From assembly GCF_001194135.2 (NCBI RefSeq), contig NC_068986.1, positions 1,230,088 through 1,294,087 of the forward strand: a DNA stretch of 64,000 bases, read 5' to 3'. Source of the DNA: Octopus bimaculoides (Eukaryota). The notes under the pieces are model-generated. The model ran no database searches. It was not told where the DNA came from and saw nothing but the letters and a program-made list of their open reading frames with translations. The position numbers and the translations under genes are program-made. Below, one piece after another: positions 27,288-39,030 of the stretch. How positions within the stretch are numbered: the first letter of the stretch is position 1; every line of letters begins with the position of its first letter.

Positions 27288-27760
27288 AAACACAATGCCT
27301 TTTGCATCTCCAAAAATCCTTCCTTGCAAATGAAATGATCTTGGTCTTCTTTGGAGCAGGTGAGGAAGGGTGTTTTCACTGCATGGATTGTCTTTTTGTC
27401 TCTAGCTCAAAGTGATGAACTCAACACTCATTCTGCTTAGGAAACGTTCAAGGAAACTGGCTGGATCTACCTCAAACAATGTCAGATTTTTCTGTGACTT
27501 GATCAACCTGGTGCATTTTTGACCACTAGAAACCATTGTCACACCAAGTTCATTGTGTAGAATATTCTCAACTCTCTTATGGAATATGCTAATAGCATTG
27601 ACTATTTGATCCATTGCCTGTCATCCATCAGCATATGGTGAACACAGTCAATGTTTTCCTTGGTGGTGGCAGTTGCAGGATGCCCAGATCTCAGGTCATT
27701 TTCAAAATTCTCCATTCTCCTTCTAAATTCAGCTGCTTCCACAATATTGGTCTTTTGCAA
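27288..27760 (-). mobile_element. Mariner (DD34D) transposase internal fragment, frameshifted
   Basis: Joined frames give AAEF...NDLRSGHPATATTKENIDCVHHMLMDDR...VENILHNELG...FEVDPASFLERFL...EC*VHHFELETKRQSMQ*KHPSSPAPKK...DAKGIVF, typical of mariner HTH and first-D regions. No TIRs seen. Confidence 0.85.
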
Positions 27761-30019
27761 TTCATTCCTTACACTATCTTTCCTGCAACTGTTAACATGC
27801 AATTGTTCAAGAGGAACACTAACTACCTAAATGTCACCAGTCTCAAAGAGCCTGCAAAGGCTATGGGCATGGCACTCCCTCCAGATCAAACCAAAAAGGG
27901 AAAAAACACAATTTCTTAATTTTGGGTGGTAGAATCGATCCATAGTTCCATAGTTTAACACCATCACCTAGCCCTTGAGTGCCATTCGTAAAGTCTTTTC
28001 CCATTGTAAGAATTCAAACCAGTACTCTGGTTCCAAACTAACTTAATATCTTGAAGTACTAGTTCCATTACTGCAACCCCAAAATCATTGTTTTATTACT
28101 TTTTTTATCTTCCTTTCTTTCCTGATCTTTACGAAAGTTTTCAGTTGTGGTTACTTGATCAAATTAAGCCAAAACTTAATGACATAAAACAATAGTTTTA
28201 AAGTTTCTGTTTGTTTACTTCAAAACAGAAAATTTGCACTTTCTTGTGATCTTGGATAATTTTCCAAAAGAATAACTTGTTTGATCTTGGTGAATAAATA
28301 CTCTCCTCTGGTTAATATGTGATAGTAAGCATGAAATTTGTAATAATGACTACATATTTTATTCTTTGTCTGAATATTGATTATATTACTCGCAGTGCAT
28401 ATGTCTATAATAAGTTATATTCACATTTTGTCAAACTGATTGATAAATATGCTTACATTTTCCATCTTTTAATCATTCCTGAATAGTGATTATTTAAATC
28501 TGCTATAATTTAGTTGTAACTAATGTTTACTTCAGTTCATTCATGTAATCCTTTCAGTCCTTTATAAAGACGAAAAATAATAATAAAAAAAAATAGTTTT
28601 CATAAATTTTCAACAATTTCAGTTTTAAAAGATTTTCTCTAAGTAACATGAGTTCGGATAAAAAGTACTTTAACGTTTCCTTTAAAGAAAGATCTATAGT
28701 ATATAAGCAAATTAGATATATACACTATTCAAAAACAGATAATAAAATTTATATGTAAACACCAAATAAATATTGGTTATTCTTCCATTCATATTACAAA
28801 AGACATGAAAAATCAATAGCTTTCCCTAAGTATCCTGGAAAAAAGTCTACACAGAATCTGTTGAGAAGAGAAAAGGTATCACAGGATACATATAAATATT
28901 TACAAATGTTCTTGACACCTGATGTGGCTGTAGTTAGAGTAAACATACTTTTCTGAAGAATCACGAATTTTGAATGAAAATAATCCATGCAAAACCACGT
29001 ACATTTTCTTGGTTAACTGAAGAGCAGGTTGCACATAGTTTCCTTTTTTGAACAATGTCTGCTTTGCCAAAAATATCTGAATGTAAGGGAAATATATGTT
29101 TGGTAATATGTTTGGTTAATATAAATGGTTTGTGCTTTATGAATTTATAGCTGTTTCGTTAAGAAATTTGCTTTTCACCTGTGTACTTCTGGGTTCATTC
29201 ACAGTGTAATGTACCTTGGGTGTTTTCTACTCTAAGCTCTTATGTTAACCAATGTCTTGTAAGAGAAATTTGATAGAAATGCTAAAATACCATCTAGAGT
29301 ATGTATGTACATGTGATAGGAGAGTGGGATTGACCTTGTGCAAGGCCTTTCTTCTCTTTAAAAAGTGTTTCAGGCACAGACATAACTTTATATTCAACGT
29401 CTCTTTTAATATTTCTGTTATGTGTTGCAAAGCACTCAATGAAAAATCCCATAGTGTTAGTGTGGGTGGCAAGCTCTCTGAACACCAGCCGCAAAAGGTC
29501 TCCATCATTGTTAGATCTGTGCAAAAGAGTGTATAGGTCTCTAGCAGGCCTGAAAAGCCACATCCATGCTGTTTATATTCAAGAGAACAATCAATGAAAG
29601 TATGACTTGAAACTGAATTGCAACTATCATATTTATGATGTGTGAAATGGTGTATCAAGTTGTATCTCTTCGTATCAAAAATAATTTTTAGTAAATACAG
29701 ATTTATAAACTAAATACCATACTGAAACAAATATTGAGGCAATATTATTAAGCAGAATTACTGAAGGTAGTTTCTCACCTGATGAAACCAGTAAAAGTGT
29801 AAGAATGTATGGAAGTGTTCGTCTTGTTATTTAATAGTAATAGCACACAAAGGTGTGAAATTCACTTCAAATTTATTTCATGAGGTATCAAACTTTTATT
29901 GCACATTTGCATCCTGGTCACTGACATAGTTCCCTCCAACAGTTATAGAGAGGCAGAACAAATACAACTCTAAAATTAAGAGTATCATGAGAGAAGAATC
30001 ATTGATTAGTTTTGCTTGG

Positions 30020-30150
30020 GGTCCCGATTGTTGCTGAGCCTGGTGTACCCTTATCAGATGGGTAGTCGTGATGGTATACTGGGTTTCATAAATTTTACCC
30101 CAGGGTCACTTTGATGGCATGCACTACTCTCTCACTCAATAATAATAATA
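30020..30150 (+). mobile_element. 3' tail of another non-LTR element ending in (AAT)n
   Basis: GC-richer segment ending CTCTCTCACTCAATAATAATAATA; family not identified. Confidence 0.45.
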
Positions 30151-30540
30151 AATTAAGTAAATATAAGGACCTGGAAATTGAAATACTAAAGATGTGGCAT
30201 CTTAAAGCAAGAACTGTTCCTGTTATTGTAGGTGCTTTGGTATGATAAGAAAGAGATGGCAGAAACATCTAGATAATATCCCAGGAGAACCATGTCTCAG
30301 GGAAATCAAAAAGATTCTGCTGACAAGTACTGCCCACATCCTTAGAAAAAACCCTATCAATTTAAATATATTTGTTGTTTTACATGAAGATATTTCGCTA
30401 CTGCTCCTGTCACTTTCCCTTTCCAAGCATTCAGTCATATTGTAATATCTCTTATCTTTCACTTGCCCTAGGATGCTGGGTGTGTCTCAACAAGTGATTG
30501 TAACAAACATGCAGATTAAAAGTAAATAATGATAATAATA
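30150..30540 (+). mobile_element. 3' end of an R4/Dong-like RLE non-LTR retrotransposon
   Basis: With two single-base frameshifts it reads KLSKYKDLEIEILKMWHLKARTVPVIVGAL(G)MIRKRWQKHLDNIPGEPCLREIKKILLTSTAHILRK(T)LSI*. This is the characteristic C-terminus after the restriction-like endonuclease. A short 3' UTR and an (AAT)n tail follow. Confidence 0.8.
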
Positions 30541-32825
30541 TCCTGTCCTCATGGCCCTGTTCCTCCGTGTCATTGCTATCTGGTAGCCCCCAACTCTATA
30601 TATACCCAGGGTTTTGCCACTCACTCCTCACCCTCCATACTCTTTGATCACACTTCCTTTGCAATATCTCTTCACTTATATTATGGCATTCGTATTTCAA
30701 GGGTATGCCCTGGTACTTCCCACCATCTATATCTCTCTTCCTTTACTCAACCATTCCTTTTATAGTCTGACCTCCGTCCCTTGTGATTATGCCTGGCATT
30801 TTGCCACCGTCTCTCAAAGTTATGAAAAGCAAGGATTTGAACACAAACTACTAGAAGTAAAAACCAAACTTCCTTAATAGTTTAAAAATGAAAGGTCACA
30901 TTGGCCAAAGTAATTCTAGAGGAATCACAATGAACAATTAATTACAGTAAATCATTTAGTTCAGTGCCTTATTTGTTTCTGGCATTATAGTTCCTTTCTT
31001 TATATTTTTAAGCACTGAAAATTGTAATATTTTTGCTTTAATTTTCATCATATTTATCACATGCGTGTCCCCAAAATCCCTTCCCTTTTCAAAGCAAAGG
31101 AAGTAATTCTTTTTCACCTACTAACCAAAATTTTTAGCATCCTTGCATCTGTCTTTTGAGCTGCTGGGAGTCACCTTATGGATTTCATTTTGACGGAACT
31201 GGAAATTATTAATACATTATGAAATTATGCTTGGTACAGTGTCGAATTCTCACTAGGAAACTTGCTTCTTCACCAGCAGCTGTCCCTCATAATTTAGTGG
31301 TAAATAGAATTCAGACTGATCAGCCAACATAATTCCTCAGGTTGTGACATTTGTCATGAGAGCTAATATGTTGACATCTTCAGCTATTCTCTCTGTTTGT
31401 AGTAAGACAGCTGCAAAAGATAAATTTAGTGAAGAACAAATGTAACTTCAATTTGTTGTCTTAAAAACTGTACGTGATAGCTTCTCACATTTTTCATTAC
31501 TCACCTGTCATGTGGTTTATGAGATAGGTGTGAACAACAGTCTGAAGAATTTAATGTGCTAACCTTAGTTTTTCTTTCAAGTTGTTGAGAATGAATTCTA
31601 TAAGACTGTCCCACTAAGCCAGGAGGTGTAATGTAATTGTGAAATGAATTGTAGTTTATCAAAGAATTGACTCAATTTAAGGTAAACACTAAAATGAATA
31701 AGGTATTAATTATTTCTTGGAGTTTCATGTTCAAATTTCAGAAAATGACCTTGATCAGTATATTGGCATGAAGTAGGAAAACAAAAAAAAAATCAATATT
31801 ACCCAGTTCATGCACAAGAGGTATAGCATAATAGCAAATAAATAAATATACTGATGCACTATGAACAACCAAAGCAATAATGTGGTAACTGCTGTAATGT
31901 TTTCACTAAAGGGAGTAAGTTCTGTTATTTAAATAACCGAGTTAATGTGAAATTAGGACCATTGATTAACGTATGAAATGCATGGAGGAAGTTTAAGGAA
32001 CTTGGCATAAATTGTAAACTGCATCTGGTATCAGAATTGAACTATGAACACTGTATTTCATATTTTGTACAAAGGAAATTTAAAGCTAGAAGAAGGTCTA
32101 GGTAAAAAGTAAAATGTAAGTTGGTAATAAATGATGAACATATGAGGAATGTCTAGGGCATCGAAACCATGTGTTAGAATGATGGGGTTCTTACACTCAT
32201 ACTCACCAAGTGTTTAGGGTAGAAGAGAATTTAACTTGTGTTTGCTGTGACTAAAGCATTGAAATATTTTGGGCATTTTATTAGGAAATATGAGTTTGCA
32301 GAGACTGTTATTAGAAGGCAAAATAAATAGAAAAACAGGAAATGGGGTGAAAAAAATCAATAATTACTGGGATGGTTAATATCAAGAATGAATTACTGGT
32401 GTGTTATTACTGGTTTAACAAATTAATAAATCACTACAATTAATAATAATAAATTATTAGAGGTGACGCTAATAAATTATTAATCAAACTGCCAAGAATG
32501 CATTAGAAATGCAAATTGATCTATGCAACTTACTCAAGCTATTAGTTGGTTTATAATCAATGTCTGTGGAAAGTTAAAGAGGATTTTTGGTTACTGAAAC
32601 CAGCTTGAAACCATCCTGGCTGATCCCCCTCTATCCATCCATAAAGGTATCGTATGTAAAAACAAGGCATTTACATCTATCACTGACACACAGCATTGGT
32701 TAAAAATTTATAGACATATTCTTTAACACAATGGAACAATATGAAGAATTAACAAATTAAAATGAAATAAATGTATAAGGAGAACAACAGAAAGACCGAG
32801 ATGGTATGGGGCATGCTAGTAAGTG

Positions 32826-32869
32826 TGATAATGAGTGATGATAATGAGTGATGATAATGAGTGATGATA
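32826..32869. repeat. 13-bp tandem repeat, ~3.4 copies
   Basis: TGATAATGAGTGA repeated exactly. Confidence 0.9.
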
Positions 32870-33853
32870 GTGGTGGTATGCCCTGAACTACATCTGTGAT
32901 TATGGATAAATAACATGGTTAATTTCATACAGAAATATCACTCTTAATAAATTTATGAAAGTCTTGGGAAAGTAGATGGAAATCTTGGATAAAAACCCAA
33001 ATTTAAGAAATATTATTTTTTTAAACTTAGTTTCACTGAGGGTCAAATATACAACTGAATATTCAGTATATAAAAAAGCAAAATGTAAAGGATAACAAGA
33101 TCAGTTCATCTCATGGTGGTAGAGAAAAAAAAAAATGATGATAATGAAGATGGTGTTAAAGAAGAAATATGATTGTTCATTGTAAATATGAAATATAATT
33201 TTCATCTTTGCAAGTTATGGATACTCATAGTGGAGTTATGGATACTCATAGGGTCTCAACAAATATTTAGTCTGTTTCCAAAACAGTATTCCAGGGACTA
33301 GGATTCTCTTCAGGGTCAGAAAATGTTTCAATTCTCATAATTTTTAAAAACTTTTTACAAAATCTCAAGTGTAACCCATAAGAGTCTTGTTCATATACAT
33401 CAGATGGTGATACAAATGGCATTTATGAAACAGAAAGAAAAGGTATTTGGTTCATCAGTTCAAACTTACACACTAGCTTGCTACAACCATTGGCTCAAAC
33501 TTGCTGTTGTTTCCTCACATCCTCTTCTTTCTCAATTGCTTCTGTTTCTTGCAACTAGGAAGTTGTATACTTCCATTGGACCATCCACGTTTTCATCATC
33601 TCTACTGCATCATATCTCTTGCACATTGCATTTGTAGAGTATATGGATGTGAGCAAGCAAACAACAACCAATTCCACTGGTCTGTTGCTCTGACAGAGAG
33701 CTACCAAAAAACAAAAAAAAGACGAGAAGGTTTTAGGTCTGTTTATATAGTCAATGGATGGCTGAGAGAGACTGCTGTCTCATTGGTCCTAATAAACCGG
33801 TGAAAAACAGTGAACAACAAAATCTTCATCTTGACTGCATGAGGGCTGCTACA

Positions 33854-34070
33854 TCAACCCCTCAGCATTCAGATTATTCTGTCAAAGCTAATTCTTATTT
33901 ATTCACATTACTTTTAATTATTCAGGCATCATCTGGTAGCTTTAAGATTTTGGTAACATGATTGTATGACATTGTAAAGTAGATTTGAGAAGCCTGATCT
34001 GGCTAGTTTGAACATAAAAAAGGTAAAATACTTGGGCCAGATATGGCCATTTTAAATACTAAAGGGTTAA
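33854..34070 (+). mobile_element. piggyBac-like MITE copy
   Basis: TCAACCCCTCAGCATTCAG...TTTAAATACTAAAGGGTTAA. Confidence 0.7.
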
Positions 34071-35604
34071 AACTGAAGGTTGCTGGAAAGCTGCAACTGG
34101 AAAGCATAAACATGTAAACAAAGCAAAAAGTAGCAAAAACCAAATGATGATATAAGTATACCCCAGTTACAAATAGTGAATCAGAAAAGGAACTATGACA
34201 GAAACGCGCTGTGTGTGCATGTGCAAAATTTAAGTGGAGCTTATATGATGCATGCACAACAGGAAAATGACATTTGCATGATGTGTGTTTTCATTCAGGT
34301 AAATCTTGTTGAAAGCGAATGAGCAATAGTATTATAGTTTTAGTATATGTACATAGTATACAAGCATGAGCCTATGTTCTTAGCTACTTGTGTGTTCTGG
34401 TGATAAATGAGGCACTTTGTGTGCATATGATCTTGAAAAGTTCTTTTGGGGGACATGTCTGACAGATATTGCTCCTGTTGGTCCAATAAACTAATGAAAA
34501 TGGTAAATGATTAAAATTTTAACTTTGCTGCATGAGGGGTCCATTACACTGAACACTTCCCCTAATTGTTCTTCCCCAGATCTACATCCTTCTTTGAAAT
34601 TCCCTCCTTGCTCATGATTTTCTTACAGGCAACAACCTAGAACAGTTAAAACTGTGTATCGACTTCATTGGTGTCACCATTTTAAGACAGTCTGTGACAG
34701 TCATAGGCACTGTACCTTTTCCTCCAATTACTAAAACAAGAAGCATTAGTGATAGATGAAAGGTTAGTCATAGTGAAAAAGATAAGTGAATAAGTTATCA
34801 GCCTCTTATTTCACGATATAAAAACTACCACTGTTGCTTTGTAGTATCACTGATGAAAAGGGAAGAAGTATCTAAGTTTTATTGTGTTTATCTGATTGTC
34901 TAACGTTCAATAAATTTATAAGTATCTGATATGACCTAATGTCTATCACAGATCTAAAACAGTGAAGCGCCTTAACTGGTATGAACTTAGGCATTACATA
35001 TTAGAAGAAACGAAACGCTAAACCAAAACCACATCCCTTTGGTGGACAGCACAGACTGATAATCAAAATATTAATTAACATCGACTAGAGTAATTAATTA
35101 TTGATGATAACCTAAGGATATTGAACAGTGTTGATTGAAACTCCACAAATATTTAATCTAATTTATTTGAATAGGGAAATCCATGAGAGAATATTAATAA
35201 CAGAAAGGTTTTTATTTGAGTGAAATACAACAGGAAATCTAGTAGTAATATTGATTTCACTGGTTAGTTGTGGCTTCGCCCAAAGTTCCCTCTCATTGAA
35301 CAGATCTTTGATCAACTACATAATTTTTTTGACTATAAGCACAGATGTAGCTATGTGTGTAAGAAGCTTGTTTCCCAACCATGTGGTCTTGGGTTCAGTT
35401 CCACTGTATTGCACCTTTAGCTAATGTCTTTTACTATAACTTCTGGCTAACTAAAGCTATGTGATTGGATTTGGTTGGTGGAAACTGTAAGAAGCCTGTT
35501 GCATGTATATGTGTGTGTGTATGTATATATATATATTCATTTATATCAAGCCTATGTTTATCTCCATTACTACCTCCCCCACTCTCTCTGTATATATGTA
35601 TATG

Positions 35605-35642
<38 letters not shown>

Positions 35643-35662
35643 GCTTTCCCAAATAAAGTTGT

Positions 35663-35712
<50 letters not shown>

Positions 35713-35843
35713 TAGGTGAGAGCTGGGTGTGCTCGAAAGGATTCAAACTTAAACTTCAAATACTTTGTCCAGGGCAAAGCTTGTGCCGTCAAGGATACCT
35801 ACAAGAGAAATCCAATCAAACTGATATGGCAAATGAAAGAATA

Positions 35844-36008
35844 CAGAATAAAAGTGCAGAATAGAGTCAGGAAATATGTAATTTCATAACTCAACACCTG
35901 TTTCAAGAAGCCTGAAGTTATGATTATAATGTTACTTTGGGCTTCTTGAAACAGCTGTCAAGTTAGGTAATTACATAATTTCTCACCTTACTCTGTACTT
36001 TTATTCTG
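35844..36008. repeat. Fold-back (hairpin) element with ~69-bp inverted arms
   Basis: Arm 35844-35912 (CAGAATAAAAGTGCAG...TGTTTCAAGAAGCC) is the imperfect reverse complement of 35940-36008 (GGCTTCTTGAAACAG...CTGTACTTTTATTCTG); 27-nt spacer with central ATTATAAT. Confidence 0.8.
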
Positions 36009-36098
36009 ACTTTTTTTGTGATTCATATAAATGTATTTGTATCAAGCCTATCTTTATCTCCATTACTACATCCCCCACTCTCTCTGTATATATGTATA

Positions 36099-36137
<39 letters not shown>

Positions 36138-37493
36138 AATGCTTTGCTTTCCCAAATAAAGTTGTACTTCATTTTTGAAACTCTGACAGCTATAAGCTGA
36201 TATACAAGCACTAAGGTATGAGTGCATTATATCTTGTAGCAGAAACAACTGTAAGCTAATGAAATTCATTACATAAATTCTTGTTCTCTTCTCACTTATT
36301 TAATTTCTTATATATATGTGTGTGTTGTTGCCCCACTAGTGCTGGACAACTGGTGCTGCTTTCATTACCTCCCCGTAACTTAGCTGTTCAGTAAAAGAGA
36401 CTGAAAGAATGAATATTAGACTAAAAAAAAAGGTACTGAGATCAGTATGTGTAGCTAAACGCTTCAAGATGAGCCCCAGCCTGGCCATACTCCAGTGACT
36501 GAAACAAGAGATACAACATAAAAGATGCAAATTACTATTGGCCAAAAAAGCTTTGTAATTCTTTTTCTGCATGTAAAAACTATTATCAATGATCAAAACA
36601 AGCTGAAGAAGACTATGCTATGTTGATGAGGTGCAATAAGGCAAAAACTGTAGTTGTCACTATTTCCTGCAAACAAACATGTTTCACAAAAGAAAAGTAT
36701 GATTTACTTTATAATGGTAAAGCTCTGTGGTTTAGAAGTTCATTTCACTTATTACATGGGTTTAGGTTCAATCTCACTGCTCGGTAACTTAGAAAAGTAT
36801 CTTATTATAGCTTCAGTCAAGCTTGAGCGAATTTGTTAGCTGGAAACTGCATTGCAACCCATTGAAATGTGTGTGTGTGTGTCTGTGTGTGCACGCATGC
36901 AGTTGTGTGCATGTGCATGTGTGTGTCTGTGTTTGTTTCTCAGCATTTGATGACTGGTGCTGGTTTGTTTACATCTCCTTAAGTAAGGAGTTCAGGAAAT
37001 AATGACTGACAAACTAAGTGTGAACCAGGCTTAAAATAAGTATTGGGATTGATTTGATCAACTAAAGAAAAACCCTCCAAGATTGTGCTCCAGAATGGCA
37101 GCAGTTGAATGATTAAAACAAATAAATAAACAAAAAATATGAATTACTTAAATTATTTATCATTTTTTTTACATTGAGAATATTCTTGATTAAATTATAC
37201 TATGAATAAATACATCATCTAATTCTGAAATGTTTCTTAGCAACACTAATATAGTGGTGGCAGCAGCAGCAGCTGCAGCAGCGGTAGTGGTGGTGGTGGC
37301 AGCAGCACCAGCTGCAGATGCACCACGTGTATTATTGAATAAGAAATCATTATTGAATATTTAATGTGTGTCATAGAAGTCACAAGTTGGCAAGTCACGT
37401 GCTGTATACATCAAGCACATGTGCAGTTCTAAATGTAGAATGTTTCTGAAATATGTAATGGAATATTTTCAAACATCTTCAAATACATTATCC

Positions 37494-37531
37494 TCATGTT
37501 TCAAAAAGAAAAACAAAAAAAAAAAACAGCT

Positions 37532-37564
<33 letters not shown>

Positions 37565-37709
37565 ATATATATATGTATAAAGATAGATAGATAAATGCAC
37601 ACACACACACATATAATAAAAATATAATACTTGAAATAATAATAATGATGAAAGCTTGTGTGTATGTATATGGTGTATATGTTACAAAAATGATCACACA
37701 CACACACAC

Positions 37710-37750
<41 letters not shown>
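37494..37750. repeat. Compound (CA)n/(TA)n microsatellite cluster
   Basis: (CA)n at ~37533-37561 and ~37696-37745. Similar (TA)n, (TG)n and (CA)n tracts occur at ~5968-5992, 19046-19087, 19876-19910, 20991-21024, 35612-35701 and 52907-52947. Confidence 0.9.
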
Positions 37751-37837
37751 TGATGTCTGAGTATGTGTGTGTATAAATATATGTTTTTTATATGTTTATA
37801 TTTGTATATTGTAAATTAACTCCATGAACTTTGTAAA

Positions 37838-37969
37838 TCTCTGAAGAGGCCTAGAGAACCATACATGTATCTCTATTTGCATCCATTTCATCTATCAATT
37901 ACTCCAGTTTACTGGAGTTATATAGATAGAATGAGGCATGTCACCTCTAGGCTGAAACAACTGTATGAC
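37838..37969 (+). ncRNA. Hammerhead-ribozyme-like motif with long extended helix II
   Basis: CTGAAGA (37841-47); GGCCTAGAG (37848-56) pairs with CTCTAGGCT (37945-53); GAAAC (37954-58), AACT, GTA (37963-65). The 88-nt insert is itself an imperfect hairpin. Stem I is degenerate. Confidence 0.55.
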
Positions 37970-38331
37970 ATTGTCCCTTCTTCGGTCACTAGATGTCCTT
38001 TTTAATTTTTATTACTGATATGACATAATATGTCATATGTGTTTGTATATTGGTTTTATTGTCCTGTCCTCTTAGTTGAAAAATAAACAGGCAAATTGAC
38101 ATAATACAATGTCTGCAATTTGATGAGTACCACATATTCCCCTCCATTTTCTTATTGCTATATAGATTAAGGGTAAATTTCCTTTTACCCGCACCCACTT
38201 ATTGCACTCGGTAAAAGCACTACTGTAATAATAATTGGGTATCTTTCCGGTAGTATATTGCATAGATATTATTTCTTAGTGGATTGGATTCACAACCCCT
38301 TACTTTCTTGGGGTATATATATATATATATA

Positions 38332-38341
38332 NNNNNNNNNN
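38332..38341. other. Assembly gap (10 N)
   Basis: N run inside (TA)n. Confidence 1.
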
Positions 38342-38373
<32 letters not shown>

Positions 38374-38659
38374 CACATACATAAACACACATTTATTATT
38401 TTTTTTCTATTATAACAAATGGCAGATGTAGTACTCACTACAGGTTGTAGAGCATAATTATGTCATTTACTTGGATGATGTCTTTTCCAGTGTTACTCAG
38501 CATTTCCATGTTTCTTCAGCTGACAGATTTTTTGTTGCCTGAAGAAACTAGGATTGTGGAAACTCCAAGCAGTGATTAAAGATGTCACTGCTACTTAGGC
38601 AGTGACAATGTGAAGAGATGTGAAGACTACGATACATGCATATTCATATAGACTGGCTG

Positions 38660-39030
38660 TATGGTTGGTAGCCTGCTTGCCAACCACATGGTCACAGTCA
38701 AATGACTGAACCAAGTAAAAGAATAAAAGAATATTGCTTCCAAATCACATGGTTCTGGGTTCAGTCCCACATAGCACCTTGGGCAAGTGTCTTCTACTAT
38801 AGCCACAGGCTGATCAAAGCTTTCTGAGTGGATTTGGTTGATGGAAACTGAAAGAAGGCCTATCATATTTGTGTGTGTACATGTGCACATGTTTGTTTCT
38901 GTGCTTGTTCCCCCCATTACCTGTTTATGTCCTTATAACTTAGCAGTTCAGCAAATGACAGATAAAATAAGCACCAGGCTTAAAAAAAAAAAGTACTGGG
39001 GTCAATTCGTTGGACTAAAATGTTTCAAAG
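38660..39030 (+). mobile_element. SINE family B copy (diverged)
   Basis: Head GGTTCTGGGTTCAGTCCCAC, core CCTTGGGCAAGTGTCTTCTACTATAGCC, (TG) middle, tail GTACTGGGGTCAATT. Confidence 0.75.

Noticed and set aside
29140-29185. Minus-strand CGAAACAGCT suggesting a hammerhead
   Set aside because: The CUGANGA block is absent (GTGAAAA).
33270-33315. Minus-strand CTGAAGA...GAAAC motif
   Set aside because: Helix II is not closed and there is no GUH triplet; indistinguishable from chance.
38539-38575. CTGAAGA...GAAAC as a hammerhead
   Set aside because: No stem II, no NUH after stem III, and CTGAAGAAAC is explained as one arm of an inverted repeat.
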